In this document: positions 1 through 13,379 of the stretch, in pieces | Numbering within the stretch: position 1 is the first letter of the stretch | Layout of the letters: the number at the start of each line of letters is the position of its first letter | Assembly (NCBI RefSeq): GCF_030684315.1 | Contig: NC_081394.1 | Location: 5,488,163 to 5,552,162, forward strand | Direction of reading: 5' to 3' | Origin: Stegostoma tigrinum | Taxonomy: Eukaryota | DNA length: 64,000 nt | Translations under genes and position numbers: made by a program | The notes under the pieces: model-generated | The model's database searches: none | Told to the model about the DNA's origin: nothing | Seen by the model: only the letters and a program-made list of their open reading frames with translations

Positions 1-1055
1 TTTGAAAAGGCTGAGGCGAGTTATATAGCAGCTGTAACGTGGGATACAGGAATGACCAAAAACAATCTGACACTGAGACACACACAAGCAATGAGACATT
101 CCTTGAAAATCAGCTTCAATGAGCACTGCGTGGGTGTGGCTTAGGGTGCATTGATCCCAGCATTCACTCGAGTGAAACTTTCTTACATTCCCTTAAAAAC
201 AAATACATCACACATTTCCTAAAGAGACAAGACTGTGCACAGGCCTCCAGTTTGCTTCTGATACATATCCTTATAGAACCTGCAGCAAGATCTCCTTCCT
301 CTGACCCACCTGCAAGGAAGGTGACTATCCCATTCCCCTTCCTCATTCCTTACATGGTAACTTAGCGATTTGTCTACAATTTCCTCTGAATGACACATTC
401 ACTGGCCTTTCACCTTGTAAAAATAGCCTTTTCCATTCACTCTTCACTTTTTTTTACACAAGCCACGACAGTTATGGTCCAGTCAATTATCCAGCCTACC
501 CCTGTTTGCAGCCTCTGTATCCTCCTCGCAGCTTACTTTCCCACTGAGCTTTGTATCATCAGCAAACTGGGACAATTATTCTCTATCCCCTCATCCCAGT
601 CGCTGATATAGATTGTGAGTCACTGAAGTCCCAGCACTGATCCTTACAGCACCAGTTACATCCTGACAGCTGAAAATGACCGATTTGTTCCTGCTCTGTT
701 CCTGTGCATTAACCAATCCTCAGTCCATTCTGTATAGCCACCTCATTCTATGAGCCCTCATCTTGTGCGACAACTTATTGTGAGTCACCTACTTAAATAC
801 CTCCTGAAATTCCTGATATATGCCCCATCCTCTGGTTTTCCAGTGGGATACCTCTTGCTCCGTTCCAATCCATGAGGACTATTCAGCAACAAGAGGATGA
901 CAAGCAGGAAGTGACTGGGTGATGCTGCTCAGGCTGGATTGAAGCATCCTCACAGCTCAGGGAATGGACAGGGGCAGAGCGCAACAACATTTCATGCAGT
1001 TTCATACAAAGAAAAAAGGGTAACCATGGAAATTGTGAAACATTCCAGAACTCAC

Positions 1056-1161
1056 CACCTTTTTCGCTTCCGAATGTTATAAACCACAAGTACAACAACA
1101 ACAAAAACAGCAACAATCCCGATTCCCAATCCAACTCTTGCTCCAGTGGAGATTCCAGGAC
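1056..1161 (-). CDS. TM exon paralogous to the gene A TM exon
   Basis: tgtctgtag|GT CCT...AAA AGG TG|gtgagt. Open, hydrophobic, followed by a basic tail; flanks are homologous to 24920-25400. Confidence 0.8.
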
Positions 1162-1559
1162 CTACAGACAGAATGAAGACATGAGCAAACTGGGACACAT
1201 GAACAAAACTAACAGCAGAGACCCTCAGCACCTAGTGTTTCAGAATGAGCCCCACTACAAACAGATCCCTGGGCGATTCTAGTCCTGGAGGGATGTGGGA
1301 GGCTAGATCACATAGATGAGAATATAGCTGCAGATAAACAGATATAAACCAATCGCATTGAACACAATCATAATTATAATCCTCTGATACACACCTCCTT
1401 TACGCACAGACATACGCACAAACAAACAGAGAAAATAGATTACTCGCGTGAGTGGAGAAAGCCGGAAAGTCAGTTCAGGCATCTTTCGTAATTAGTTTCC
1501 TGCAAGTTGCAACTGAACTTTTTACAAGCTCAGAGAATGGGCAGCTTCTGCGGCACAAT

Positions 1560-2830
1560 CTTTTGTCTCATTCGTTCTGTGTGTCTGTGTCTCTGGGAAT
1601 TGTTTTCCACCACTCTCCGAATTCAAAAGGGATGGAAAGTGGGAGAGTGAAAAGAAGGCAAGAGATAAGGAAAGGATAACTGGGAACGCTTCACGGTGTC
1701 CTCCTCAGATCAAAAGGGAAAGTACCGAGGGTGGAAGTGAAAGTCAGAAGCCAATGGTGTTTCCATGGTACCAAGGTGGGACACTTGCATTCAGAATGCT
1801 GGAGGTTCAACTGGAAACTGATAGGACGGATTGGAGTTTGTAAGAATGAGTCTGAAAAAGAAAGAAATCAGGTTGTAGCTCGAATTAAAATTAGAGGTAG
1901 ACTCTGCCGTGAATGTCACAAAAATTCATAGCATAGATGAGAAATACGAAGGATTTTTGTGCACGGGCCATTTTCTTCAAAGGAAGAATCCAAGTTGATA
2001 ACTATTCTCAGAGATACAAGGGTTACTCAAACTCTCTTGAGGGAGAAGGATTTAATTTTCCATTCAGAGATTTCAATGAAAGCCACCGTGTTGGGAAATG
2101 GAATAGATGGAGAGGATATTCCAGTTTGCTTTCTCCAAAGTCCAACTGAAGCATAGCTTGGGTTGACTGCGCTCATGGTAGTCAGGACAGTTAAGAAATG
2201 ACCTGTAGATGGAATTCTTTTACTTCTGGGGAATGATCTGACAGATGCAAAAGTTTCAACTTTGCTAATTATCACAGAAAGTCCAGCTGAAGCTTAAATG
2301 ACAGAACAGTTAGAGGAACAGGTCTCAATATTCTTCCATCCTGTAGCATGACCAGATCAATTGATAAAGAAAGTCCAGCCCAGAGGTCACAGCAATACTG
2401 CAAACAGATTCTAGGGTCACTGAAGCTCCATTTAAGAATAAAGATAATTCAAAGGAAGCGTTTGGCATGTCTTCATTAACTGAGAATCAGGAAGCAGAGC
2501 CAAATTTGAGAGCGATAGCACAGACAGCTCAGGCTGAGGCTCCGTCTGCCGGAGTTCCAGACTGTCATTATATTTAAAAAAAAGTTCTGATGAGGAAGTT
2601 GAGACATCCTCATTAACCTGTGAATGACAAATAGATGATTGTTCATCAAAACTGGTACTGTCCAGATATTGTGAAGAAACTTTGTGAATCGCATGTGAAA
2701 GTCCAATAGCAGGAGATATGAGAATATTGAAAACACAGGCAGCAATAAACAGGTATTTTATATGGGTCAGGGCTTCATAAAGACATAGTGCAGTTCTGTA
2801 AAACATAGACATGTCAGGAAGTAAGAATAT
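1560..2830 (+). mobile_element. Degenerate Gypsy (Gmr1-like) LTR-retrotransposon internal fragment: gag zinc knuckle, protease, integrase N-terminus
   Basis: CFHGTKVGHLHSECW (CCHC relic, ORF 1731-1931); ITILRDTRVTQTLL (DTG-type protease, ORF 1959-2156); frameshifted KTQAAINRYF..GLHKDIVQFCKT (integrase HHCC region) at 2700-2830. Confidence 0.7.
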
Positions 2831-3353
2831 TTCAGCATGTAATCACGATACCCACACGAGATTCTGAAGAACCTTTTAGTTGAGTGTTTGTGGGTTGTGA
2901 AGGATCATTTTCATATTTCTGGGAAAGATAATATAATTGCAGATAAATTATCCCAAATGTAAAATGTTAAAATAAGTTAAACATTCAGGGAATTCTAAGA
3001 TTGTGTAAGATTCACAAAATGAGAGGATCAATGAAAGTATGTAAATCTTGCTTTGATGCAGTGTAAAGAGGGAGGACGTGCGGCACGGCGGCTGCGTCCT
3101 TGTTTGGGGTCACTACCTCCAGGTTTAAGGACTTCACCATGAGAGAACGTGTGCCTTAGCTGGCCAAACAGGTTGATTATCAACCTGTAAGCCCCTTCTT
3201 CAGACCTAGTTTCCTGATCAGGAAAAAAACATGTGGCAGCTGCTGTGAAAAAGTTAAGATTCCCCACATTGACGCTTCCCACACAGGTTCTCAGTGCGAG
3301 CATCATCCTCCCTCTGAGGAACAGACAGCTCGCAGAAACAACTTTATCCAGCA

Positions 3354-3567
3354 GGTGAGGGATAATAGGAACTGCAGATGTTGGAGAATCTGAGATAACA
3401 AGGTGTGGAGCTGGATGAACACAGCAGGCCAAGCAGCGTCAGAGAAGCAGAAGGGCTGATGTTTCGGGCCTTGGCTGAAGAAGGGTCCAGGCCTGAAACG
3501 TCAGCCTTCCTGCTCCTCTGATGCTGCTTGGCCTGCTGTGTTCATCCAGCACTACACCTTGTTATCT
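3354..3567. mobile_element. Penelope-type tail-to-tail hairpin insertion with a minimal hammerhead-like motif (3475-3502) and a 12-bp flanking duplication
   Basis: ~75-bp inverted arms (agataacaaggtgt...acaccttgttatct); CTGAAGAagggtccaggcctGAAAcGTC; ctttatccagca at 3342 and 3566. Confidence 0.7.
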
Positions 3568-4160
3568 TTATCCAGCAAGTCGCAGACGCCCACAGCCACA
3601 AGGTGAGATGTTATTTACCTGAAGCAGCGTTGGGTTTTGCTTGACTCTTTGCTTCACCTTCTGTTGGACTTTTCTCAGGAGATCATTTTGAGCAGTCTGG
3701 AAGGTAAAGTTGATCGATTAAATAGACCTCACAGCAGAAATCGAGATGTTTCAGTTTTGCTTGTATTAATCATTCGGGCCCAATATTACAGGCGGTACCG
3801 AATATGACTGATCTGTCACCCTCTGCTCATTCCCGCAGGAGTGGTTCAACCAACTACTCACATTCCCATAGTCCCTAAAGCTATATTCCAGGCATCTTCG
3901 CAGAAGCACAAATCACGGAAACATTTTATACCAAGTCACATAAGGAGACTCTGAATAGGTGACCGGAAAATCGGTCAAAGGGACAATGGTTAAAGGGGAG
4001 TCTTAAAAGACGACAGAGGGAGGAGGAGAGGTTTACGGAGGGAGTTCCAAAGTTAACAGGACACGGCCAACAATGGTGGGCTCACAAAACAAAAATCAGC
4101 AAACGTGCAAATGACCACATGAGGAGCGACGCAGCAGTTTCGTGAGTTCTAGGCTTTGGA

Positions 4161-5990
4161 AGAGGTGACAGAGACAGGGAGGGGGAGTAGGGGCTGGAGG
4201 AGGTTACAGAGATAGGGAGGGGGTGTAGGGGCTGGAGGGGGTTACAGAGATAGGGAGGGGGTGTAGGGGCTGGAGGAGGTTACAGAGATAGGGAGGGCCT
4301 GTAGGGGCTGGAGGGGGTGACAGAGATAGGGAGGGGGTGTAGGGGCTGGAGGAGGTTACAGAGATAGGGAGGGGATGTAGGGGCTGGAGGGGGTTACAGA
4401 GATAGGGAGGGGGTGTAGGGGCTGGAGGGGGTTACAGGGATAGGGAGGGGGTGTAGCGGCTGGAGGGGGTTACAGAGATAGGGAGGGGGTGTAGGGGCTG
4501 TAGGGGGTTACAAGGATAGGGAGGGGGTGTAGGGGCTGGAGGAGGTTACAGAGATAGGGAGGGGATGTAGGGGCTGGAGGAGGTTACAGAGATAGGGAGG
4601 GGGTGTAGGGGTTGGAGGGGGATTACAGAGATAGGGAGGGGTTGTAGGGGCTGGAGGAGGTTACAGAGATAGGGAGGGGATGTAGGGGCTGGAGGGGGTT
4701 ACAGAGATAGGGAGGGGGTGTAGGGGCTGGAGGGGGTTACAGAGATAGGGAGGGGGTGTAGGGGCTGGAGGAGGTTACAGAGATAGGGAGGGCCTGTAGG
4801 CGCTGGAGGGTGTTACAGAGATAGGGAGGGGGTGTAGGGGCTGGAGGAGGTTACAGAGATAGGGAGGGGGTGTAGCAGCTGGAGGGGGTTACAGAGATAG
4901 GGACGGGATGTAGGGGCTGGAGGGGGTTACAGAGATAGGGAGGGGGTGTAGGGGCTGGAGGGGGTTACAGGGATAGGGAGGGGGTGTAGCAGCTGGAGGG
5001 GGTTACAGAGATAGGGAGGGGGTGTAGGGGCTGTAGGGGGTTACAAGGATAGGGAGGGGGTGTAGGGGCTGGAGGAGGTTACAGAGATAGGGAGGGGATG
5101 TAGGGGCTGGAGGAGATTACAGAGATAGGGAGGGGGTGTAGGGGCTGGAGGCGGTTACAGAGATAGGGAGGGGGTGTAGGGGCTGGAGGCGGTTACAGAG
5201 ATAGGGAGGGGGTGTAGGGGCTGGAGGGGGTTACAGAGATAGGGAGGGGGTGTAGGGGCTGGAGGGGGTTACAGAGATAGGGAGGGGGTGTAGGGGCTGG
5301 AGGAGATTACAGAGATAGGGAGGGGGTGAAGGGGCTGGAGGAGATTACAGAGATAGGGAGGGGGTGTAGGGGCTGGAGGCGGTTACAGAGATAGGGAGGG
5401 GGTGTAGGGGCTGGAGGCGGTTACAGAGATAGGGAGGGGGTGTAGGGGCTGGAGGGGGTTACAGAGATAGGGAGGGGGTGTAGGGGCTGGAGGGGGTTAC
5501 AGAGATAGGGAGGGGGTGTAGGGGCTGGAGGAGGTTACAGAGATAGGGAGGGGGTGTCGGGGCTGGAGGGGGTTACAGAGATAGGGAGGGGGTGTAGGGG
5601 CTGGAGGAGGTTACAGAGATAGGGAGGGCGTGTAGGGGCTGGAGGGGATTACAGAGACAGGGAGGGGGTGTAGGGGCTGGAGGGGGTTACAGAGATAGGG
5701 AGGGAGTGTCGGGGCTGGAGGAGGTTACAGAGATAGGGAGGGCGTGTAGGGGCTGGAGGGGGTTACAGAGATAGGGAGTGGGAGTAGGGGCTGGAGGGGG
5801 TTACAGAGATAGGGAGGGAGTCTAGGGGCTGGACGGGGTTACAGAGATAGGGAGGGGGTGTAGGGGCTGGAGGAGGTTGCAGGGATAGGGAGGGGGTGTA
5901 GGGGCTGGAGCGGATTACAGAGATAGGGAGGGGTTTAGGGGATGGAGGATGTTACAGAGATGGGGGTGATGTAGGTGCTGGAGGAGCTTA
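4161..5990 (+). repeat. 38-bp G-rich minisatellite (~47 units), AGAGATAGGGAGGGGGTGTAGGGGCTGGAGGGGGTTAC
   Basis: Period of 38 read directly (4206 to 4244). Four G-runs per unit. Contiguous with an antisense L2-like 3' end at ~3940-4160. Confidence 0.95.
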
Positions 5991-8277
5991 CAAATATACT
6001 TCCGACGATGGGTCCCGATCCGAAACGACAACTTTCCTGCGCCTCTGATGCTGCCTGACCTGCTGTGCTCCTCCAGCTCCACTCTGTGTTATCGTACACA
6101 AATATAGGGAAGGGTGTAAAGAATGGAGGATGTTACAGAGATAAGGAGGTATATAAGAAACGAATTCTCTCTTCAATTTGAGTCTCTTACTTATTCCTGG
6201 AAGCTCTTTCTCAGTATTTACTGAATTCAAACCCATCACCATGTTCAATGTTTTAACAAGTCACGTTGGAACTTTCTCTTATCCAATGGGAACATTCCCA
6301 GCTTTTCCAGAACTGAAGTCTCTCATCCCACTGTAATGAATTTTCTCCCCACTGTTCTAAATTTTCTTTGTTTAAATTAACCTCGGGTCCCTCAGAGAAT
6401 AAGATTTTGAAAACTTACTTTGAAGCTGTATATTTAATGATTTGACAGGAGCTTCATTAAAATCTTTTGTGCCATATTCTAAGTAGTAATGGCCAAGCAT
6501 TTTCCTTAGAGACATTTTTATATAAAAAATGTAACATTCTTTTCTGAATCGAAATGTTCAGCATTAAAAACAAATGTCTTATTATTGTAAATGGTCCTTA
6601 AGTTTTGTTTCATGACAGGATAGTCTGTCCCTTTCACACATATTCCAAAGTTCCCCAATGCATGCACTTTGCAAATCTGAAAAAGAAAAAAAATCATCAG
6701 ATTCTCACAGATTTTCCTGAAATTGCACCAATTCTGCAGAAAAAAAAACAGGCCATTTGGCCCACCTGCTCCATGCTGATGTTTCAGCTTTGCTGAGCTT
6801 CCTCCCACCCGCTTTTCACCTGTCTCAATCACTGCAATCTTCTATAATTTTCTCCCCGTCAACCGTTTGTGGGTAACTGCAAACGAGTCACTATTGTATG
6901 TCAGACTCTGTGCCAATCCCCATATTATTCCCACTGTTCCATTCTCTCCTCATTATATTGTAGCTACTTCCACCATCCTGCTCTCTTCCCCGGTCTTGTA
7001 TCAATCCCAGTTCCTTTCACCACTTCCCAGCTTCAAGAACTATTTGTTCCCCGTCCGCTCTTTCCCCAAATTTCTGTATCGACCCCAAACCAACCCCACT
7101 GCCTTGCACTCTACCCTAGCTCTCTATGAATCCCTAACTAATCCCACTCTCTTTTCCAGCCCAGTTTTGCTAAGTGCATTTTTGCTAAATCACTCCTCCA
7201 CTGAATAAAATTGACCTCGCTCCAATTTTGAACTCTGACTCTGTTCTCACTTTTTTTTTTCATTCTTAGATTAAAACTGATCGAAATGTAATCACCATGG
7301 CCAAAATATGTTGCCATTACCTTCCACTTGCCCGGCCTGATTCTTACAACTAATCCAGACTGTGTTCAATCTTGTTGAACTTGTATCAATTCATAAATTA
7401 ATCCTTCTGCCCCACTCTCTCCCCATTGTCGTGTATCTATCCCCAAAACAGTCCCACGTCCCAATCACACCCTGTAATCGTGTATCAATCCCAAATGAGT
7501 CCCCTTCTTTCCCCCCATCCCGGCCCCGTAGCCCTTTATCAACCCGATATTATGCACCATGCCCTGCCCTCTATTTGTCTCTATCTCTGTACAGAAATTA
7601 ACCCCATAGCCCTGCACAACCATGACCAAGCCAAAGATTGCCTCAGGGTCTCCCCATTTCTCCCCGAATAAACCTGTAACTAATCCCATTGCCTCTCTGA
7701 CAATGCAGTGCACCCTGAGTACGGACACCGGGGGGTGGGGAGATCAGCCTGGAATTAACAGCCCCAACAGCAAGGACCCTAGGGCTCAAGGTTCAGCCCA
7801 AGGATACACTGGTTATTATGCAAAAAATGATGGCCCACCCAAATTACAAATCTTTCCAGGGTATCAATGCTGAGATATTTTCCACTTTTTATCCACACAC
7901 TCCTCCAGCCGAAGGCAGCTCCGATCTAGAGATCCACACCTGCCCTTCGAGTAAATGTGTTCAAAATGCTCACGAACAAGCAGATCCCCGATGAAACAGA
8001 TTACCTGTTTCGCCATCACACACAGGTAGCTCAGTTAGAGCCAAGAGAATGACTGCCCCAAGTACAAACATGTCTAGAAGAAACAGACAGTCACGTTCAC
8101 ATGCCCAGCACATGCCAAATAGCTTCACAGGCAATGAAATTTTTTTTTTTGAAAAGTAATCGCTGTTGTGTTGAAGGAAAAATGGCAGACAATATCCACA
8201 CTGTGATGCCCTAGAGAGACACCTGTAATCAGATCTGATAAAATACTTTACAGACATTCATTCTCCCTCCTCCTCAT

Positions 8278-8555
8278 GGCTCCCTCAGCACTGACCCTCT
8301 GACAGTGCCCGCTCCCTCAGCACTGACCCTCCGACAGTGCCCACTCCCTCAGCACTGACCCTCCGACAGTGCGGCGCTCCCTCAGCACTGATCCTCCGAC
8401 AGTGTCCGCTCCCTCAGCACTGACCCTCCAACAGTGCCCACTCCCTCAGCACTGAACATCCGACAGTGCGGCACTCCCTCAGCACTGACCCTCCGACAGT
8501 GCGGCGCTCCCTCAGCACTGATCCTCCGACAGTGTCTGCTCCCTCAGCACTGACC
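8278..8555 (+). repeat. 32-33-bp tandem repeat (~9 units), CTCCCTCAGCACTGACCCTCCGACAGTGC; probably DeuSINE-derived
   Basis: Direct tandem copies. The unit resembles the antisense 5' edge of the DeuSINE core (recognised from memory). Confidence 0.85.
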
Positions 8556-10744
8556 GTTCACACTGACAGTGCAGCTCTCCCACAGGCTCGCACCCGATCA
8601 GCACTGATCCTCCGTGTGGCTTTTCCTCAGTGCTGTCTTTTGCTGTTTTATATCCACATATCTATTTTTGCTGTCTCCCTTGTGGATTTTCTCCACCATC
8701 CCGGTGGAGTCCTTTCTGCCTGGGGTTTGACCTATATTTGTGGAACTCCTTTTTGGCCGGAATTTCTGGAAGAAGCTTGGAGTCATGTGGAGAAGCAAAC
8801 ATTAAAATCTGATCAGGCACCAGTTAGAGTATTGTATTCCTTTCCACTCACCAAACCCTGTTGGAAGAATGTCTCAGCCTTGGAGAGGGGTATGGAGGAG
8901 ATGAACTGGAATGGTCCCAGGGATGAGGGCTCTCCCTCCATGTGGGAAAAGCTGGGCTTGCTCTTCTCAGAGTAGAGAAGGCTAACAGGAGGTTGAATTG
9001 TAGAGCTCAAAATCATGAGGGGTTTCAATAGAATAAAACAGGGGAGGCTGTTCCCAGGGCAGAAGGGTCAGTCACCAGAGGGGCACTGATTGAAGAGAAT
9101 TGGGAAAAGATACACAGGAGGTGAGGTTTGGGGCTTAGCACGGTGAAGGAGGAGAATTTGTTTTTCTGACCTCGCAATTTGATGTTGTGATCTGAGGTGC
9201 GCTGCCTGCAAGGGAGCAGAATCAGCAGAAACTTTCAAAAGGTTGGAGGGTGGGGAGGGGCGAGGGGAGTTGGAAAAATTTGGGGAAAGATTTGCTGTGC
9301 AGTGTGGGAAGGAGTTGGGCCAAAGTCTCCTTTTGTGTTGTATTTTTCTGTGATGCATGCACAAACAGCCACCAAATAAAACATTTCCAGGCCTTTTCAA
9401 AATGGTTTCTTAAAAGAAATTGCATGTTTCTTGTGGATGGATAATATATTCAGATGACAAAGTGAGAAATGCTGATATTAAATCAAACGCATTTTAATGT
9501 TATGATTTGGCTCAGCTCTCAGGCTCATTACCACCCAAAACAAATGAAACCACTCACAGGATCGGAGAACATTGATCAAAATATCTAGAGTGTTTCCAAC
9601 ACAGAATGAGGCCATTCAGCCTGTCCTGTCCATACCTGCACTCTATAACAGGAACTCCCCTGGTCCCATTCCCCTGCCCTTTTCCTGGAACCCTACAAAT
9701 CTTTTCCCTCCAGAGAGTGACCCAAAGCCACAATTGAATCTGCTTTGAGCACAATCTCAGGCAACACATTCCAGGTACAAATCACTTGCAGAAACAGGTT
9801 TGTCTTCAAATTGACGTTACATTTTCTGCATTCCATTTCAAATGCATATGATTATCAATACTTTCACCAGTAGGAACCATTTCTCCCTCTCTACTATGTC
9901 TACATCCATCAGGATTCTGATCATTTTGATTAAATCTCTTCCTAGAACTGCCTTTCTGTGAGTAGGCACACCCCAGACTCTAAACTATCCACATTAACCG
10001 AAATCCTTTATTTGTGACTCACAAGAGTGGTTTCAGGCAAAGGTTAAAGGGGGAAATCATGGGGTGATATATTACACCTGGACTGGTAATCCCAAAGCTC
10101 TGGTGATGTTTAGAGGATGCAGTAATGTTATTGAATCAGTAATCTTGCACCCCAGGCTTTGGACATGGGTTCAAATCCAACATTGGCAGGTGGTGAAATC
10201 TGAATTCAATAAATTTCTGGAATATTTCTGCCTAATATTGACCTGCAATAATTGTTGTTCAAAACACATCACATTCACTGAGGCCCTTTAGGGAAAGAAA
10301 CCGCCTTCCATGTCTGGTCTGTCCTACATTTGACTCTAGGGCCACAGCAATGTGGATGACTTTGAAATGATTAAGCAAGCTATTCAGTTGTACTTAACCA
10401 TTAGAAACTGAGAAAATGAATGAAACCAGACAAACTGCTTGGCATTGACTGAGGCAGTGGAAATGACAAGGGACCAAACTCCTCTGTCAATTCTGCAAGT
10501 TTTTAATACCAAGGAGTTTGTGCCAAAATTGGGAGGGCTGTCCCACAGAATAGTCCAGCAAAAGCCTGACACAGTTGTCCCCATGGAATTGCAGGCAATG
10601 TCAAGGCACCTCCACCACAATGTTCCCTCGAAGCTATAGATCTGTGTAGCCCTTTGGAGGTCCCACACGCAACGTTCAGGATGCTGAAGCCTTAAGATTT
10701 CTTTGCAGTGTCACTGCTATACACGGACCTGTGAGATTCAATAT

Positions 10745-12215
10745 TCTACATTCCTGAGACTCAAAAAAGTGGTCTTGAAATAGTGGATGCATTGAGGTGG
10801 ATATCTTTCAAAATTTTATCGACTCTGGAACAGTTCCAATGTTTGGAGGGTTGCTAAAGGAACCCCACTGCTTAAAAATGAAACTTGGGAGAAAACTGCG
10901 AATTATAGACCGTAAACCTGACATTGGCAGTGGGGAATTGTTAGCGTCCAGTATAAAAGATTTAGTGGTATAGTGCTTGGAAAACAGTGACAAAATCAGA
11001 TAAAGTCAACAGGGATTTATGAGAGGGAAATGACGCTTACAAATTATGGGATTTCTTTGAGGATTTAAAAGTAGAGTTGATTAGGGAAACTCATGGTTAT
11101 TAATTTACTTGGACTTTCAGACAGCTTTCAACAAAGTGCCACATGATAGACCAGCAGGTCGTGTATTGAGATGGAAAGAGAACTGGTCGGCAGACAGGAA
11201 AGAGGAGTCAGAATAAATGGGTAACTTTGCAAGTGGCACTGAATGACTAGTGGGGTACCACAAGGGACCAGCGCTTGGACCCCAGTTATTCACAATATAT
11301 ATCAGTGATTTAGATGAGGCAGCTAAGTGTAATATCTCGCACAAAGCTGGGTGGGAGGGTAAGCTGTGAAGAGGTTACAAAAATGCTTCTCTATGATTTG
11401 AACAAGTTGACTGAGTGAGCAAGTGAGTAGATGAAGCGTGATATGGATAAAGTATTGGCTTTGGGAGCAAAACTTGAAATGCTTATCATTATCTGAATGG
11501 TGAAATAATGGGAAAGGGGTCAGTGCAATGAGACCTGGGTGTCCTTGTACACCAGTCACTGAGAGTAAGTGTGGAGCTGCAGCAGGTAGTGAGGAAGGCA
11601 GACGCCTTCATGGTGAGAGGATTGGAGTACAGGAGCAGGGATGTCTTGCTGCAATTGAACAGGGCCTTGGTAAGATCACACCTGGAAGATTGTATGCAGT
11701 TTTGGTCTCCTTATCCGAGGAAGGATGTTCTGGCGATGGACGGGTTTACCAGACTGATTCTTGGGATGCAAGACACATATGAAAAGAGACTGGATTCGTT
11801 AGGACTATACTGACTGGAGTTTAGAAGAATGAGGGGGATCTCACAGAAACTTACAAAATTCCATCAGGACTAGACATAGTTAGATGCAGGGAGGATGGTC
11901 CTGATGGTGGGCATTCCAGAACCAGGGCTCACAGTTTCAGGATGCAGGAGTGGGCCATTTAGGACTGAGATAAGGAAAAGTATCTTCACCCAGAGACTGG
12001 AGAGCCTGTGGAATTCTCTACCACAGAGAACAGCTGAGGTCAAATCATTGAGTGTTTTCAAGAATAAGTTACATACAGCTCTTAGCACCAAAGGGATCAA
12101 AGGGAATGGGGAGAAAGCAGGAATGGGGGCCTGAGTTGGATAATCAGTCATGATCACATTAAATGACAGACCAAGGGCTAAATGGTCTACATCTGCTCCT
12201 GCTTTTCTCTGTCCC
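10745..12215 (+). mobile_element. CR1 LINE ORF2/3' end, degenerate
   Basis: YLDFQTAFNKVPHDR; GVPQGPALGPQLFTIYISDLD; EYRSRDVLLQLNRALVRSHLEDCMQFWSP; FTQRLESLWNSLP. Confidence 0.9.
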
Positions 12216-13379
12216 TATGACCTTCCCTCAGTCATGAAATCAGAAATGGGGATGTTTTCTGGTGATTGCACCATGTTCAGCACCGTTCACAATTCCTCAG
12301 ACAGAGGAGGCAGACTGATTGAAAACACAATTATACCTGGATAACATTAAGTCTTGGGCTGACAAGTGACAACTCTCATTGGCATCAGAAATGGCTACAT
12401 TTCTGAAGAAGGGCCTAGGCCCAAAACGTCAGCTTTCCTGCTCCTCTGATGCTGCTTGGCCTGCTGTGTTCATCCAGCTCTACACCTTGTTATCTGACTA
12501 TAAATCTGTAGTTTGGATTCCATTACTGGCCTAAATTATGCCACTGCAGATGTGCAGTGAAGAGGCTATTATTGCCACTCACCAATCTTTGTCACTATTG
12601 AACACGATCGCACACCCTATAAGGCAAAACAGTCCACTTTCAGACCTTCAAAATGTGCTCCCAACACTTGTGGTGCACAGTAGCAGCAGTGTGTACTATC
12701 TATAAGGTACATTGCAGTAACTCAACCAGACTCCTGAGGCCACCCCTTCCAAACTTGAGGCTTCTAACAACCAGAGGCACAAGGATAGCAGATACAGGAG
12801 AACACGCACCCCCAGCAAGTGCCCTTTCAAGTCACTCACCATCCTGACTCATATCACCATTCCTTCAGCGTTGCTGAGTCAATGCCCTGGAACTCCCACC
12901 CCAACAGTACCACATGCACCTAAAGCACGTGGACTGCAGCGGTTCAAGAAGGCCGGTCAACACCGACACCTGCTCAAGGGCCACAAGGGACCGGCAACAA
13001 ATGCTGGTCTCGTCAGCAGTGCCTATACCTTGTGAATAAAAAAAAATCATTATTTTGTAATTCTCCAGTCTGTTCTTCCACTCACCCTGGAAGTGGACTG
13101 ATCGATACATCAAACGAGGCAACATGAGTCTCCCTACAGTCCATGAACTGCAGCAATCACTTTCTCAATCAGGGAAGCAGCAATAACTGCTGACCCAGCC
13201 AGCAACAGCCATATCCTGTAAATGAATGAACCTCTCCTGGGTTCCACATCTCCGAATCCCTTCACTCAAAATAAAAATCTGTCAATCTCAGATTCAGAGT
13301 CTCAGTTAACCTCTCCAAGCTTTGACTGCTTTTTGAGGGACAGAGATCCAGATTTCCACTTCCTTTTCTTCAAGAAGTT

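Larger units (their letters stand above)
1056..8073 (-). pseudogene. Gene C: degenerate Ig-superfamily membrane gene (leader 8073-8005, V-like 6676-6419, stalk 3696-3619, TM 1161-1056)
   Basis: Leader MFVLGAVILLALTELPVCDGET|gtaatc. V-like piece ..YNNKTFVF..KNVTFFI/KNVSKENA/GHYYLEY.. needs two frameshifts. The 78-bp phase 1-1 stalk contains a TGA. TM exon PGISTGARVGLGIGIVAVFVVVVLVVYNIRKRKR is paralogous to the gene A TM. Confidence 0.6.

Noticed and set aside
3619-3696. Phase-0 reading TAQNDLLRKVQQKVKQRVKQNPTLLQ as an exon of an unrelated gene
   Set aside because: Neighbouring exons are phase 1 and the phase-1 frame looks like a Ser/Pro stalk with one stop. No other phase-0 partner exons were found; not fully excluded.
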